From: Lama guanicoe
Lineage: Eukaryota
NCBI GenBank assembly: GCA_013239625.1
Contig: MU057340.1
Location: 8,326,931 to 8,390,930, forward strand
Length of the DNA stretch: 64,000 nt
Direction: 5' to 3'
Position 1 is the first letter of the stretch; each line of letters starts with the position of its first letter. The position numbers were made by a program, and so were the translations under genes. The notes below the pieces were generated by a model, which saw only the letters and a list, made by a program, of their open reading frames with translations, did not search any database and was not told where the DNA came from. Positions 50,095-61,865 of the stretch are shown here, piece after piece.

Positions 50095-50345
50095 TGACAC
50101 AGTGTAGCCTAGTGTCAAAGAGCATGAGCTGTGGCGCCAATCTGTCTGGGGTACAATCCTGCCTCCACTATTTACTACCTGTGTGATTTGGACAATCAAT
50201 TAATGCTGTGTCTTGGTTTCTTCTTGTGTTAAAATGAAGACAAAAAGAATATTTTTGTCCTAAATTTGTTGTGAAGATTAACAAAATTAATATCTGTAAA
50301 GCGTCTGGCACAGGGATGCTACAAAACTGTTAGCTACTATTATTT
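50095..50345 (+). mobile_element. MIR SINE (near full length)
   Basis: cagtgtagcctagtgtcaaagagcatg...gttgtgaagattaa...gttagctactatt. Confidence 0.85.
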
Positions 50346-50496
50346 TTCTGACCCAGAAGCTAAAAGCCCAAATTTATCAACGGCCTCTGTTCCCTCCTTG
50401 GAGCTGTCCATGGTGCTGAAAGTCTGGGCATGAACTTTCCAGCCGAGGCTCCAGAATTAGTCTTTGGAAATGGAGATCCAAATTAATGAGCTCTCA

Positions 50497-50569
50497 GTGG
50501 TAAGCATGTGCTTGGCATGCACAAGGTCCTGGGTTCAATCCTCAGTACCTCCATTAAAAAAAAAACCCA
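50497..50569 (+). mobile_element. Short tRNA-Ala-derived retrocopy (short vic-1-like SINE or tRNA retropseudogene)
   Basis: gtggtaagcatgtgcttggcatgcacaaggtcctgggttcaatcctcagtacctcca plus A tail; 19-bp TSD ccaaattaatgagctctca / ccaaattcatgagctctca. Confidence 0.88.
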
Positions 50570-51259
50570 CCAAATTCATGAGCTCTCACTTTGTGTCAAG
50601 AACTGTGCTAATTGCATGTAATGTAAGCAATGGCTTGCATTACTTTACCTTTCCTTACTACCTGGAAGATAAATATTCTTATCTCCATTGTATACAAGAG
50701 GAAAGTGATGCTTGCTGAGTTGGAGCTGAATTTTAAACCCAAATTGTGCCAATTCCCATGCTCTTTCTATGACATTGTGCTATCTCTTATGATATCATGC
50801 TCTTTCTTGTGTCTTCATCCACTTCTGACTTCTTAATTCCTGGTATCAGCCACCTGCTCCTGCTAGTGACCTGCCCAACAACCAAAGTCAGCCAGGCAAG
50901 AATCGTTTACTGTGTGTTTGCTGTTTGATGCTCCTATAGCACTAGATCATATTATCAGAGTATCACAGTGTGTTGTAGTTGGCTGCATGTGGATTTCTCT
51001 CTCTAGATAACCCTTGAATTCCTTTAGCACAGAGAATAGCTATAATTTATGCTGATGATATAGTACATGCTCATTAAATGCCTGCTAAATGGATTAACTT
51101 CTCTTCTTCCTTTAGTAACATTCTAGGAGCTTGTCTCATCCTGCTATTGCCTGACTTCTGTAGGTGTTCCCTTCCCTTCATCTGGGTCTCTGTCATCCTA
51201 CATGCCACTTGGAGCACTGGTCCCTCTGACTGATTTCACTTGTCTGTTAATAGGGATTT

Positions 51260-51545
51260 ACTAATCAATCAATTCTTTGAGCCTCCTGTATGCCCAGCTC
51301 TATGTTCACGGAAGCAGTCAAATGTGACTAGCATGGGTTCCTGCCTTCAAGGTATGTGCTGTCTGCTGTGAGGACATAGTTAGCAAATGTCACATGGATC
51401 TTGAGCAAGTGATACCAAACCATACGTGGGCAGTACAAGCACAGTAAACATGTTGTGGGGGAAGGGAAAGTGAGCCTTAAAGAATTAACAGGATTTAGAC
51501 AAGGAAATGGGAATATAAAACACTCCAGGTGAGGCAATAGTTTCT
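51260..51545 (-). mobile_element. LINE-2 3' region, antisense
   Basis: aatcaatcaattctttgagcctcctgtatgcc...ggttcctgccttcaagg. Confidence 0.7.
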
Positions 51546-52784
51546 TCCATCTCCAAGTATGCATTCGGTGAGTATGAGATTGTGTGTATGATTGTGTATG
51601 TATGTGTATTTTTGTGTGTGTAGTTAAAAGGTGGGGAGGGTGAAGGGGTGAAATGAGGGCACCAGCAGTCTGAAAGGAGATACAATTTGTCAGGCATTTG
51701 GAGCTAAACTTTTAAGGGAGAGGACAGATGTGGTGGAGGGTTTTAGAAGCAGTCAGAGCCATTTGGACTTGACATGGTAGGAAATAGGGAACTACAAAGA
51801 TATTAGGAGTTATAGACAGGATCAGAGTGTATCGGCACCCTGTCAGCAGCATCTAGGGTTAATGGGAAGGCCAACCCCAGTGGGGGCAGGTATACAAGTC
51901 AAAAGGCTACTGAAGGAGTCTGGGATCCTGGCTTCAGAAGGTGGCAGTGGGGAAGAGATGAGAAATGCCCGCAGCAGGCAGCTGGATACCATTTTCTGGT
52001 TAAGCAGGGGCAAATTGGAATTAACAAAGAACAAGCAGACAAGAATTCCCCTGAGGAGGGCTGCATTTTCCTCGCCCCATTTCCCACAGCACTCCATGGT
52101 CTCCAGTGGGGCATTCCAGCTGTGAGTGGTGTCTGAGGCTTTGAAAGATGAAGCAAAATGAAAGAGCTTCCCCTTTCAACTGCACATTAATGCAGTCATC
52201 TGCATGTCATCTCACACAGGCAGCTTGGGTCCAGGACCACCTGTGATTTCAGCCATAAATCCCAGGCTTTAAAGCTCCAGCTGCCCCAGAGGCACTGCTA
52301 AAGGTGGTTGGAGGGTCTCAAGCAGCTGGCAGGTGGGGGATCCACCCTTCTTTCTGCTGCTCCACCAGGGCCACTCTGCATATCCCTTCTGGAAGAGCTG
52401 TGTCATCTCTAGGGCTGTGATAAATGGAGATTCTATATAAAATCAGCCCCACTGCAAGCCACACTCCATTAAGTGCCTGTGTGGATATGGGCGGCCATGG
52501 AGAGCAGTGGGGTTAAATTCACATCTCCTGACAAAAACCTGAAGCAATCCAGAAACACATGCTCTGGTGGCTGAGGTTTTGTAGGTATGTCTGACTGTCA
52601 AGTGGATCTGTTCTGTCCCATTAGACACACACTCTGAGCTTCTGTGTCACGTTCCTTCAGAGCTAATACAATTTTGAGAGTGTTCCAAAACCCATTGTCC
52701 ATGTGACGCTCATCACACCTTGTGAGGTAGGAAGGCAAGGCTTCATTAGCTCCATCTCCGATCAGCCTGGAACCTGAAGCCTTG

Positions 52785-52968
52785 TCCTATGGCTTCCCTA
52801 TCATAACATTAATTATACTCTTAGATAATTACTAGTTTAATTGTTTGAATTCACTGCACTCCAATGAGAATAGAGATCAGACCTGCTTTGTTCATTGCTG
52901 TCTCCTCAGAACTTAGCACAATACCTGGTATTCAACAAGTATTTGTCTGAGTGAATGAATGAATGAAT
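52785..52968 (+). mobile_element. LINE-2 3' end
   Basis: ttgttcattgctgtctcctcagaacttagcacaatacctgg...gaatgaatgaatgaat. Confidence 0.85.
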
Positions 52969-53149
52969 TGCCTGAGGAGCACACAGACCTGGATCCCAGA
53001 TCTCCTGTCCTCCAATCTAACTGTGGTTATCATAGAATATAAGAACTAGAAGAGCAATTAGAGGTCATTTAAGCAGATTCCCTCCCCTGAAGTGCTCTTT
53101 TTCCCCACTTCCACAAGTGCCATCTCTTCCAGGAAACGTGTCCTTCCCC

Positions 53150-54020
53150 AGAGCTAGAAAACACTGCTTCAGTCACATTGGAATGACTTGGAAGCTTTAA
53201 AAAATATTAATGCCTAGTTTCCCAACCCCAGAGATTCTGACTACAATGGATTGAATGTTTGTACCCCCCTAAAATTCATGTGTTGAAAGCCTAACCCCCA
53301 AAATTATGATATTTGAAGATGGGGGGCCTTTGCGAGGTAATTAGGTTTTAGATGAGGTCACAAGGGTGGGGTCGCATGATGGGATTACTGCCTTTATAAG
53401 GACAGACACCAGACCACTCTCTCTCTCTTTTTTCTCTCTCTCTTGTTTCTGTGTGCATCAAGGAAGGATGTCTGAGGACATAACCAGAAAGAGAGCCCTC
53501 ACCAAGAACCTGACCATGCCATCACCCTCATCACCAACTTCCAGCCTCCTAAGCCATGAGAAACAAGCATTAGTTATATAAGCTACACACACGGTGTCTG
53601 GTACGCTGTTCTAGCTGCCAGAGCTGACCGAGACCTTGACTTAACTGATCTGGAGATCACCTTGGGAACTGGGATGCTGGTGCATAGCCAGGGCTGACCA
53701 TGACTGCTCTAGAGCACGACTACTCCAGGTGTGGTCCTCGGGCCAGCACCATGGGCAACCTCTGGGCTCCTGCTAGAGATGGAGACCCTCAGCTCCCCCA
53801 CCCCCAATCCTGCTGAATGACAATCTGCATCTTAACAAGATCCCTGCAAGATTCACTGACTAGAGCTGTGTGGCGGTCATTCTCCATCCTGGCTGCCAGG
53901 AGAATCCCTTGGAGAGCTTTCTCAATTGCCAGTTGGTGGACTCCACATGAGACCAAATAAACCAGAGTCTCTGAGGATCAGGCCCAGGCACTGTGGTGCT
54001 TTGTAAAAGCAGTCATGGCT
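53150..54020. mobile_element. Cluster of MER5A/MER5B hAT MITE fragments; the first is split by an MLT1A LTR
   Basis: ccccagagattctgac...ttaactgatctgg; gtgtggtcctcgggccagca...aatctgcatcttaacaagatccc; ctggctgccaggagaatccc. Confidence 0.75.
53242..53635 (+). mobile_element. MaLR solo LTR (MLT1A-like)
   Basis: gaatgtttgtaccccccta aaattcatgtgttgaa...gatgggattactgcctttataag...aacttccagcctcc; 5-bp TSD ctgac/ttgac. Confidence 0.88.
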
Positions 54021-54064
54021 GAGATCCATCAAATATGATAGCTGATCTGCACCTCTGGTGACAC

Positions 54065-54890
54065 CTAATACAGTCTGCCTTGCATTTAATTATCTTTGTG
54101 CATGACTTTCTCTCCTCCATTGGACCATGAGTTCCCTGGGGGCAGAGACTGTGGTTCATTTATTCATTTATGCAACAAAAAAGTGTTTAAGCTCCTACTA
54201 TGTGAAAAGTACTGGGCCAGACACTGGAGATATGTTCGTGGTCTCTGCTGTTGGAGAGATACAGTTCTTATGGTCAAGAAGTTCCCATTTTAGAAGGAAA
54301 AACGCACAAATAAATGATTAAAATGTGAGAATGGGAATCTGTCACAGAGCTATGAGGAGAGGACAGCCAGGCACTGGGAGAGGACACTGTGACTCTCCCG
54401 GGAAAGTCAGGAAGGACTTCCTGGGAAGACAGCATTCCAGCTGGAACTCAAAGAAGGAGTAGGATGCCCTCCCTAGGTGGACAGAACAAGGACGGGAAAT
54501 TCCTAAGAAAAGAAACAGCCTATTCATAGTGACAGAGGCTTATGTACCCAATGGTGAATATACAAAGCTGCCATCCCAGCAGTATTTATAATAGCAAAAC
54601 ACTGTAAACAACCTAAATGTCCATCAGAAGAGGACTGCTAAATAAATTATGGCCCATCCTTACAAAGGAACACCAGGCAAACATCAAAATATTGATGAGG
54701 CTCTTTATGTGCTAATAAAGAACAGTCCAAGATACAGCGTTAAGGTGGGAAAAAAAACAAGACACAGAGCGGTAGCCAACTGTAGAGCAACAACTTAAAA
54801 TCTATCTTTACATGTCTAAATATCAAATCATTAGGTTGCACATCTGAAGCTAATATGGTGTTATATGTCCATTGTATCTCAGTAAAAAAG
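54065..54890. mobile_element. Mosaic of L2 fragments (54065-54535) and old L1 3' fragments (54575-54890)
   Basis: ttcatttattcattt...ctcctactatgtg; aacaacctaaatgtccatca; aatatggtgttatatgtc...tatctcagtaaaa. Confidence 0.7.
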
Positions 54891-54924
54891 AAAGGCAAGG
54901 AAAGAATTCAATAGATTTTTACCT

Positions 54925-55075
54925 CCACTTCATCTGCCGATACACCCTGTGAAGATTCATTGTCCCCGTTTTGAGGATAAAGAAACAGCTCAGAAAGATG
55001 TGGTAACCGGCCCCATTTCGCAATGTAAACCAGAGAACCAGGATTCAACCCCACGCAGGTCTGACAATGAAACCT
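54925..55075 (-). mobile_element. MIR SINE
   Basis: ccccgttttgaggataaagaaacagctcaga...caggattcaacccca. Confidence 0.7.
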
Positions 55076-55943
55076 GCACCGGTGCTGGCAGCCCAAGCTG
55101 ACCACGAGCTTCTATCTGACTGGACCATCTGTGGAGTGGATGGAGCTGTGGGCATCAGGGCATGAGGCAGGGGGAGTTTGCTTAAGGACCAGAGCCAGGA
55201 TCGCAAGGGCAGGGCAGGGGAACCAAGGCCAGACAGAGAGAAGGAACAGACCTACAGGACCACCGCCCACTGATCTTGTTATTGCTACTTCCTTAAGGTG
55301 GAGGGGAGTGGCATCATGGGTTTACACCTGAAGGGGCAGCCCTGCCGGCAGGGGAATCCTACAGTGGCCACAGCCACTGCTGCGACGTCTGAGCAAACTG
55401 GGCATCTGGAAAGGGGTCCCGTCACCCCAGAGGACAGAAACAGGCACAAGTGATCGTGAATCTCTCTTCCAAGCCCTCCATCAGAAAGGACCCAAGGACC
55501 ACATTGAATGGCAGCCCCACTTCCCAGAAACCCTTGGAGCAGCCACCCCTGGGCTTGGAATTCCCTACTGAGGAGGAAGAAGAATTGAGGCCCGGTCTTC
55601 CCCTTCTCCATCCCGCTGTGCCTCACACCGCAGGGTCACCCAAGAGACCCCAGTGTCAGCCCCCTGGGGCATTGTTTCAGGAAAGGCACGGAAGCTGCAT
55701 ATGAGGAGGAAAGAGTGTGGGCTCGGGAGTCACATTCAGACCCCAGCTCCCTCCTTACAGGAGGAGTCTGGGGTCCTCTGCGCTGTGGGTAAAGAAAATG
55801 AGATGCTCTCTGTCAGTGTTCCCGCCCAGGTTTGGGATGCGGGAGGCACACTCACCCCTCACACATACATTGCGTGGCTTTCCAAGCACCTCATCTCCGG
55901 CCCTAGACCTGCATGACAACCTTGTGAAAGCAAGGGACATAGG

Positions 55944-56040
55944 ACAGGGGTCTCAAACTCAAATACACTCAGAAGCCAGGAGGAAAGTAAATGAGGGCTA
56001 GAGAAAGTGGAATAAACTGCGGTGAGCCCGAGAGCTTGGC
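55944..56040 (+). mobile_element. hAT-Charlie fragment (MER102-like)
   Basis: caggggtctcaaactcaaatac...gccagg...gtaaatgag. Confidence 0.6.
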
Positions 56041-56594
56041 CTCACCTGAAGGGCCTTGCAGGCTCAGTTTAAAAAAAAAAAAAATGGAGGCTCAATCTGG
56101 GTCTTGGGCCTTCCCTTCCAGAGCCCTAACACTGGAACCGAGTGGGGGCCCACGAGCAGCCCCACAGCCTGCTGACGGATGCACAGACTTAGCAGGCAGC
56201 GGAGCCCAGCCAGGACCTCGTCTCCCCCGCAGCCTCTCCCCAGGGTCCCCCGCCAGGCTGCCTTCCCCCGGAGCAGAAGAGGCAGGCAGCCAGGGTGCTG
56301 CTCTGTGGAACACTGGGAAAGGCCCCTGGAAGACCTCTCCCCACAGAACCTGAAATGCCAGCATTAAATATTCATTCCTTGGGGTTAAGCGTTTCCTCTC
56401 CGGGGTCCTCTTTTAAAATTCAAATGCTTCTTCTCAGAGAGGAACAAGCCACTTGTGGCTGGGAATCAAATGTACTAGAATGGAGTGATGGAAAGGCAGC
56501 TCTGCCCAGCCGAGTGGAAAAAGCCCGCTCACTCATCACTGCCCACTGGCCCTCCCCGTCCCCTGCCCTCCTGCCCTCCTCTGCCTCCAGTCCG

Positions 56595-56690
56595 TGGGTG
56601 GCCCAGGTGCGGGGGAAGGGGAGGCGGGGCTAGGATGGCTCTAACTGTTATAAAGAGCCCTCAGACAACTGCGGAAGGCTTACTTTCCTC
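56595..56690 (+). promoter_or_regulatory. Candidate core promoter (GC box, TATA, Inr-like)
   Basis: GAGGCGGGGC 56621-56630, TATAAAG 56649-56655, TTACTTT 56680-56686. Confidence 0.3.
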
Positions 56691-57895
56691 TGAGTCCCAA
56701 GCATCCTTGCTAGGGGTCAGGAACCACCTGCAGCTGAGTCTTCCCAGTGCAAAGAAAGCCAGGGGCCGCTTGGCTCAGAGCTGAAGGGAGCAACTGCTGC
56801 CTCCAGAGTAGCTGGGGAGGCAGGCAGAGCAGCTCCCCGAGGAGCTCAGAGGCACTGCTACCTGCATCTGCTCCTGGGAAGGTGGGATTGTCATTCCACA
56901 CAAGCTTCTATTTGGCTGGGACGCAGGGAATAGTCGGCAGTGCATCCCAGCTAATGAGAAGACCCTGCTGAATGCATGTTATTGGGGACATTCTGTGTGC
57001 CCAGCATCATGCCAGGCACAGGCTTTGTGAAAAGATTTCTCCTGAACTGATTTTATTCCCCCTACTCCAGGACTTCACATCTCTCTGATTATTTCTGGAA
57101 GTCACCAAAGTTTCCTCAAGACTGTCCCACACAAGTAGTCTTAGATGCCCGGGACCCAACACTGGTCTCAGAGCCCCCACCCCCACCCCCGGGTCTGGCT
57201 TCCTTTGGAGGAAGAGGTCTAAAAAAAGGGCAAAAAAAGGTCTTCCCTGCTGCTGGTGTCACCTTTATTGTTGCTGTTTCTTCCCACCCCCCCTGGGGAC
57301 CATGATGTGCTCCCCAGGGGAAAGTGACCCTTCTAAGTTGAGAAGAACACAGCCACCCTTGGGCGACCGTTGACCCTCCTGTCCTGGGACCTTAGTGAGG
57401 AGACCAGCCCATGCCGTTCTGCTCACAGGAGTCAAACATAAGATGCAGGACAACCGTCCCTGGCGTCCCCATCTCCCGTACCAGGACCCAGCCACCCACA
57501 TCTGAACTCTAAGAGCGCTGGCCTCAGACATCAGACTCAAGGCTTGAGTCTCTGGATAAATGACACCCACAAAGTCACAGCCAGTGAGGCTCATGTTGAG
57601 GCTGCCGGGCTGCTGGACTGAGAAATCTCTCCGGGAAAGAGTCAAGTAGGCACGTCCACCAACACCAGGCCACTGACCTCCACAGACACCCTCTTGGCTC
57701 AAACAGAGACGGACTCTTGTGGCCAGAGGGCCTGGTCTGGAGAGGGAAATGTGGGGAGCTCCAGCCCAATAGCCCTTCTCTGCTTGTGAGAAGTCAAGGT
57801 GCCCCAGGAAGTCTCCCTGAGCCCCAGTTTTTTCATTTGAAGTTAAAAGTCTTTCTCTTCCCTCCACATGGGGTCGTTGTAATGATTAGTCACAA

Positions 57896-58045
57896 GGAGG
57901 GAGGGTATAGCTCAAGTGGTAGAGCACATGCTTAACATGCAAAAGGTCCTAGGTTCAGTCCCCAGTACCCCCTCTACAAATAAATACAGAAATAAAAACC
58001 TAATTACCTCCCCCTGAAAAAAAACTAAAAAATAAAAATAAAAAA
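57896..58045 (+). mobile_element. Camelid tRNA-Ala-derived SINE (vic-1-like), full length
   Basis: gggagggtatagctcaagtggtagagcacatgcttaacatgcaaaaggtcctaggttcagtccccagtacc with A/B boxes, cctaattacctcccc and A tail; candidate TSD gattagtcacaa / gatcagccacaa. Confidence 0.92.
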
Positions 58046-58369
58046 GATCAGAGATAATATCTCCCATCCAACAACAAAAAAAGATCAGCCACAATATCTC
58101 CATCCAGTGAGAATTGCCTAGATGCCAAATGGCTTCCATACCTTATTGCTAATTTCCCACAATAACCTAGCTTTTATAATCCTTCTTATTTTGCAGAGAG
58201 GAAAATGTAGGCTTAGAAAGAAACACCAGGTACAATGTTCATGGAAGGAATTCACTGAATACAAGTGAGTTTTCATACAGAATTTTTTTAAGTCTATCAA
58301 TTTCTTCTTAAGAAGTTTTTATACATGTATGGGAGAAGAAGTGGGTAACGTACATAATTAATGCCATCC

Positions 58370-58730
58370 TCCCCAGTCTTGGAGGCTCAGGGTAAGGCTC
58401 ACCTCCCCCAGGAAGCTCTCCCTGACTACCCAGACCTTGGCTCTGGTAGCTGCCCATCTGAGCTCCCATAACTTGGATGGTCTTCACTATTTACCTGACC
58501 TCAGTTGGCCTCAGGGCCCAGCTCAAGGGCACTCCAGTTCATAGTCATTGTCTCCCTCCTCTGGCTCTTGTTTGTTCTCTCCAACCTGAATTACCTTGAA
58601 TGCCTGCCCTTTCTCCCTTCCACATTGTACTGCCTGAGGTCAGGGAATGAATCACATTCTTTTGTTCCTGAAAAAAAAAAAACCCAACAATTTGCACATA
58701 ATAGACACCCAGTGGTGTTTGCTAAATTGA
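58370..58730 (+). mobile_element. LINE-2 fragment
   Basis: tcacctcccccaggaagctctccctgact...gcacataatagacacccagt. Confidence 0.6.
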
Positions 58731-59069
58731 GCAGGGTAGCCATTTGCTTGTTTGAGAGAATATCTGGGTCCCAGTTGTGAACCTTGCTCCTTTAAGAACA
58801 AGGACCACGCCTCAAGGACAGAGCCTTCTAGGAACCCGGAAGGAGCTGATTCTACCCTCCAGAGTTCTGTGGTCTTGGAATAGTTACTTGAAGTCCCAGA
58901 ACATCAGTTCCCACAGTCACAAAATGACAGTAATTATCTTTTTCCTCATGATTTGCAGGAAATAAATGAGGGGTACATAAAGCACTCAGCTTGGAGTTGC
59001 CAGGCACATAAGGACCTAAGAGATACCAACCCCTTCACTTATAACTTGCCAAACACCCACATCCAGACT

Positions 59070-59400
59070 ATTCCCCTGATTGTTGAGAAGGGCATAAATG
59101 AACAAACTTGCACTGCATAAACTTCAGGGGTTCAGAGACCAGAGACGTCCCTGTGATAACCTGCGAGCTGGTCTTGAGTAGAGCGAGATGGGGGTGCCTT
59201 CCGGCAGGGGGCACTGCATGAGCCAAAGCAAGAAGGGGGAAGGAAATGAGAGGTTGGGGGACAGTGGGGAGACTGCTCTCCATGATGGAGCATCGCGGGA
59301 ATGAGTGAGGACTCTGGGCAGTTAGGAAGACAGCAGCCTTTGTAAGGCCATTGAACTTAGTGCCTTGGGAGTCACTGGTGATGCCTGAGCAGGGATTATT
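59070..59400 (-). mobile_element. LINE-2 fragment, antisense
   Basis: ttccggcagggggcactgcatgagccaaag...gccttggtaaggccatt-like...gggagtcactg...tgagcaggg. Confidence 0.65.
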
Positions 59401-59412
59401 CAAAACTGTGAT

Positions 59413-60800
59413 ACTATTCAGGATTCATTTGGTTGCAAATGTCAAAAACGCACCTTACTCAACCACATAAGAAAGTGAAGGGATCCAGCAATCCCACTCC
59501 TGGGTATATATCTAGAGGGAACACAAATTTGAAAAGATACACACATCCCAGTGTTCATAGCAGCACTGCATACAATTGCCAAGAAATGGAAGCAACCAAA
59601 ATTTCCATCGACTGAAAACTGGATGAAGACTATGTGGTATATATATGTACAACGGAATACTACTCAGCCATAAAAATAAAATAATGCCATTTGCAGCAGC
59701 ATGGATGGACCTGGAGATCATCATTCTAAGTGAAGTAAGCCAGAAAGAGAAAGAAAAATACCATATGATATCACTCATGTGTGGAATCTAAAAAAAAAGG
59801 GGGCACAAATGAATTGATTTACAAAATAGAAACAGACTCAGACATAGAAAACAAACTTAGGGTTACCAAGGGTAATGGAGGTGGGAAAGGATAAACTGAG
59901 AATTCAAGATTTGCCAATACTAACTATTATATATAAAACGGATAAACAACAAATTTCTTCTGTATAGCACAGGGAACTATATTCAATATCTTGTAATAAC
60001 TTTAATGAAAAAGAATATGAAAACAAATATCTGTATGTATGTGTATGACTGAAATATGATGCTGTGCACCAGAAATTGACACAATATTGTAAACTGACTA
60101 TACTTCAATTAAAAAGAACGAAAGAAAAAAAGAAAGAAAGAAAGAAAGGAAGAGAAGGGACTTACTGGCTCTCCCAGCTGTGAAGGATGAGGCATCTGAT
60201 ATCAAACACAACTGCAAACAAAGGCTCAAGGCTGCCATCGGAGTTCCTCTTTGTCACCTCCTGTCGGTCAGGATGCTGCGCTCCAGTGAGCAGGACCCCC
60301 ACTAGCTGGATGAGGTGTTGAGTAGCTCTCAGCATCTTCGAGAGTCTCCGAGTAGACCCTGGATGCTGCTCAGCAGGTGAGAACAGCAGGGTCAGGCAAA
60401 CACTCAGCCACACCATGAGACTGTGCAGGGGACAGACCCCTGGGGCTGTGTGTCACTCAGCACCTATGACACACAGAAGTGCTGCCTTGGCCACCCTAAA
60501 AGAGCATATGACTTTGCCACCCCGCTTCTTAGACAGTCCTCCCTGCACATGGCTGCCATGCCAAAGGAAGGCTCTGACCAGCCCACCACTTGGGTCCAGC
60601 ACCGGGGACAGGGGCATAGGGTGCTATGACTGGGTGGTCCTGGTGCCCACCCTGAGGGAAGCACGTGGTCATGAACAGCCCTGTTGGGTGAAAAGGGTGA
60701 CTGGCTTTAGAAGATCACTCTGAGGGGGAGCGGGACATACAGGAGGGAAGCGGAGTTGAGGAGGGAAGCCTGTAACAAGGCCACTGTGGAAATGCAGCAG
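59413..60800 (-). mobile_element. Old MaLR LTR (MLT1J/K/L-like) split by an L1 insertion
   Basis: tattcaggattcatttggttgcaaatgtcaaaaac at the start; continues agggacttactggctc after the L1; distal end uncertain. Confidence 0.6.
59482..60147 (+). mobile_element. 5'-truncated camelid/artiodactyl L1 (end of ORF2 plus 3' UTR, (GAAA)n tail)
   Basis: gatccagcaatcccactcctggg...catggatggacctggagatcatcattctaagtgaagtaagcc; candidate TSD gaaagtgaaggga / ggaagagaaggga. Confidence 0.94.
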
Positions 60801-61654
60801 GGAGGATGAGAGCTGCCAATGTCACGGTCTTGGGACTACAAAGCAAGGGATGGATGTAACAGACACATTGAATGGAATATAAACAGGCCCCTGGGATGGT
60901 GAGCCTGGTGTTGTCAGGAAGGAATAAATGCACATGCATCAAAGGGTGCCTCCTCCAGCAGGAAGAATTTGACTAAGTAAGGGTTAATTGTCCCTGCTTC
61001 TTCTGATAGCCTGAAACGGCATTTCCTCAATGTTATCCTCCTCTGTGTGTGCCCTTGCTGTGATGGAGGGGCAGAAAACATTTGTCGATTTGAGCAGAGG
61101 AAAGCATTGTTATGATTTGAAATCTTTTTCAAGTTCCTTCCCCAGGGAGCCTCATTGAACTAAAAAGCAGGTGGCCCTACTGGCGGTTTAACTAAAAAAC
61201 GCTGGGGCAGGCAAGTTCCTCTAACAGAGAGTTGGCAGGGCCTCCCTCAGGCACCCGCAGGCTAGTCTTTCAAGTTGGCTGGTGCTGGGGGTGGGGAAAG
61301 GGTGTTCACCTCGGAGGGACAATTCACAGGACCCCACAGGGAAAACGCTCCCTTCACTGAGAGCCCACCTCCCTGAGCCTCCTTCTCTGCGCCTCCAGGA
61401 GCCCCCCCCCGCCCCCCACTGTTTAAGAGGAGTGCTGGGAAGCCAGGGCTGGGATGCGCCCTTGAGTTCGCCTGGCCAGGTAGGAGCACGAGAGCTTCCT
61501 GCACCAGGGCCCCCATCCAGGACCCGTGGGCTGTGAGAAGCTACGGCCGTCTCCTGCCTCCCCATCCCTTCTTGGCCCAGTCTTCCCAGTGGGGCTTCTG
61601 CCTCAGTTTCCTTATCTTCTCCCTTCCTGTTGGCCTGCAGTAAGCGCTGGAGAG

Positions 61655-61865
61655 GCTGTGAGGAGTGGGGCAAAGAGAGTGGGCTTTGAGGGCAGCCTGG
61701 CTGGGGTGCAGTCTCGGCTCCTCCTCCTCGATGTGTGATCTTGGACGAGTGAGCGCACTCCGGAAGACTCGGCTCATTCATCTGTACACAGCACTATCTG
61801 CCCCCCAGGGCTGTGATGGTGTCTAAGGAATCAACACGGGAAAATCCTTAGGACAGTACATCACG
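61655..61865 (+). mobile_element. MIR SINE
   Basis: gagagtgggctttgagggcag...tgtgtgatcttggacgagt...cattcatctgtac. Confidence 0.75.

Noticed and set aside
57896-57975. Possible tRNA-Ala gene
   Set aside because: Mutated stems, SINE tail, poly(A) and TSD show a retroposon, not a functional tRNA
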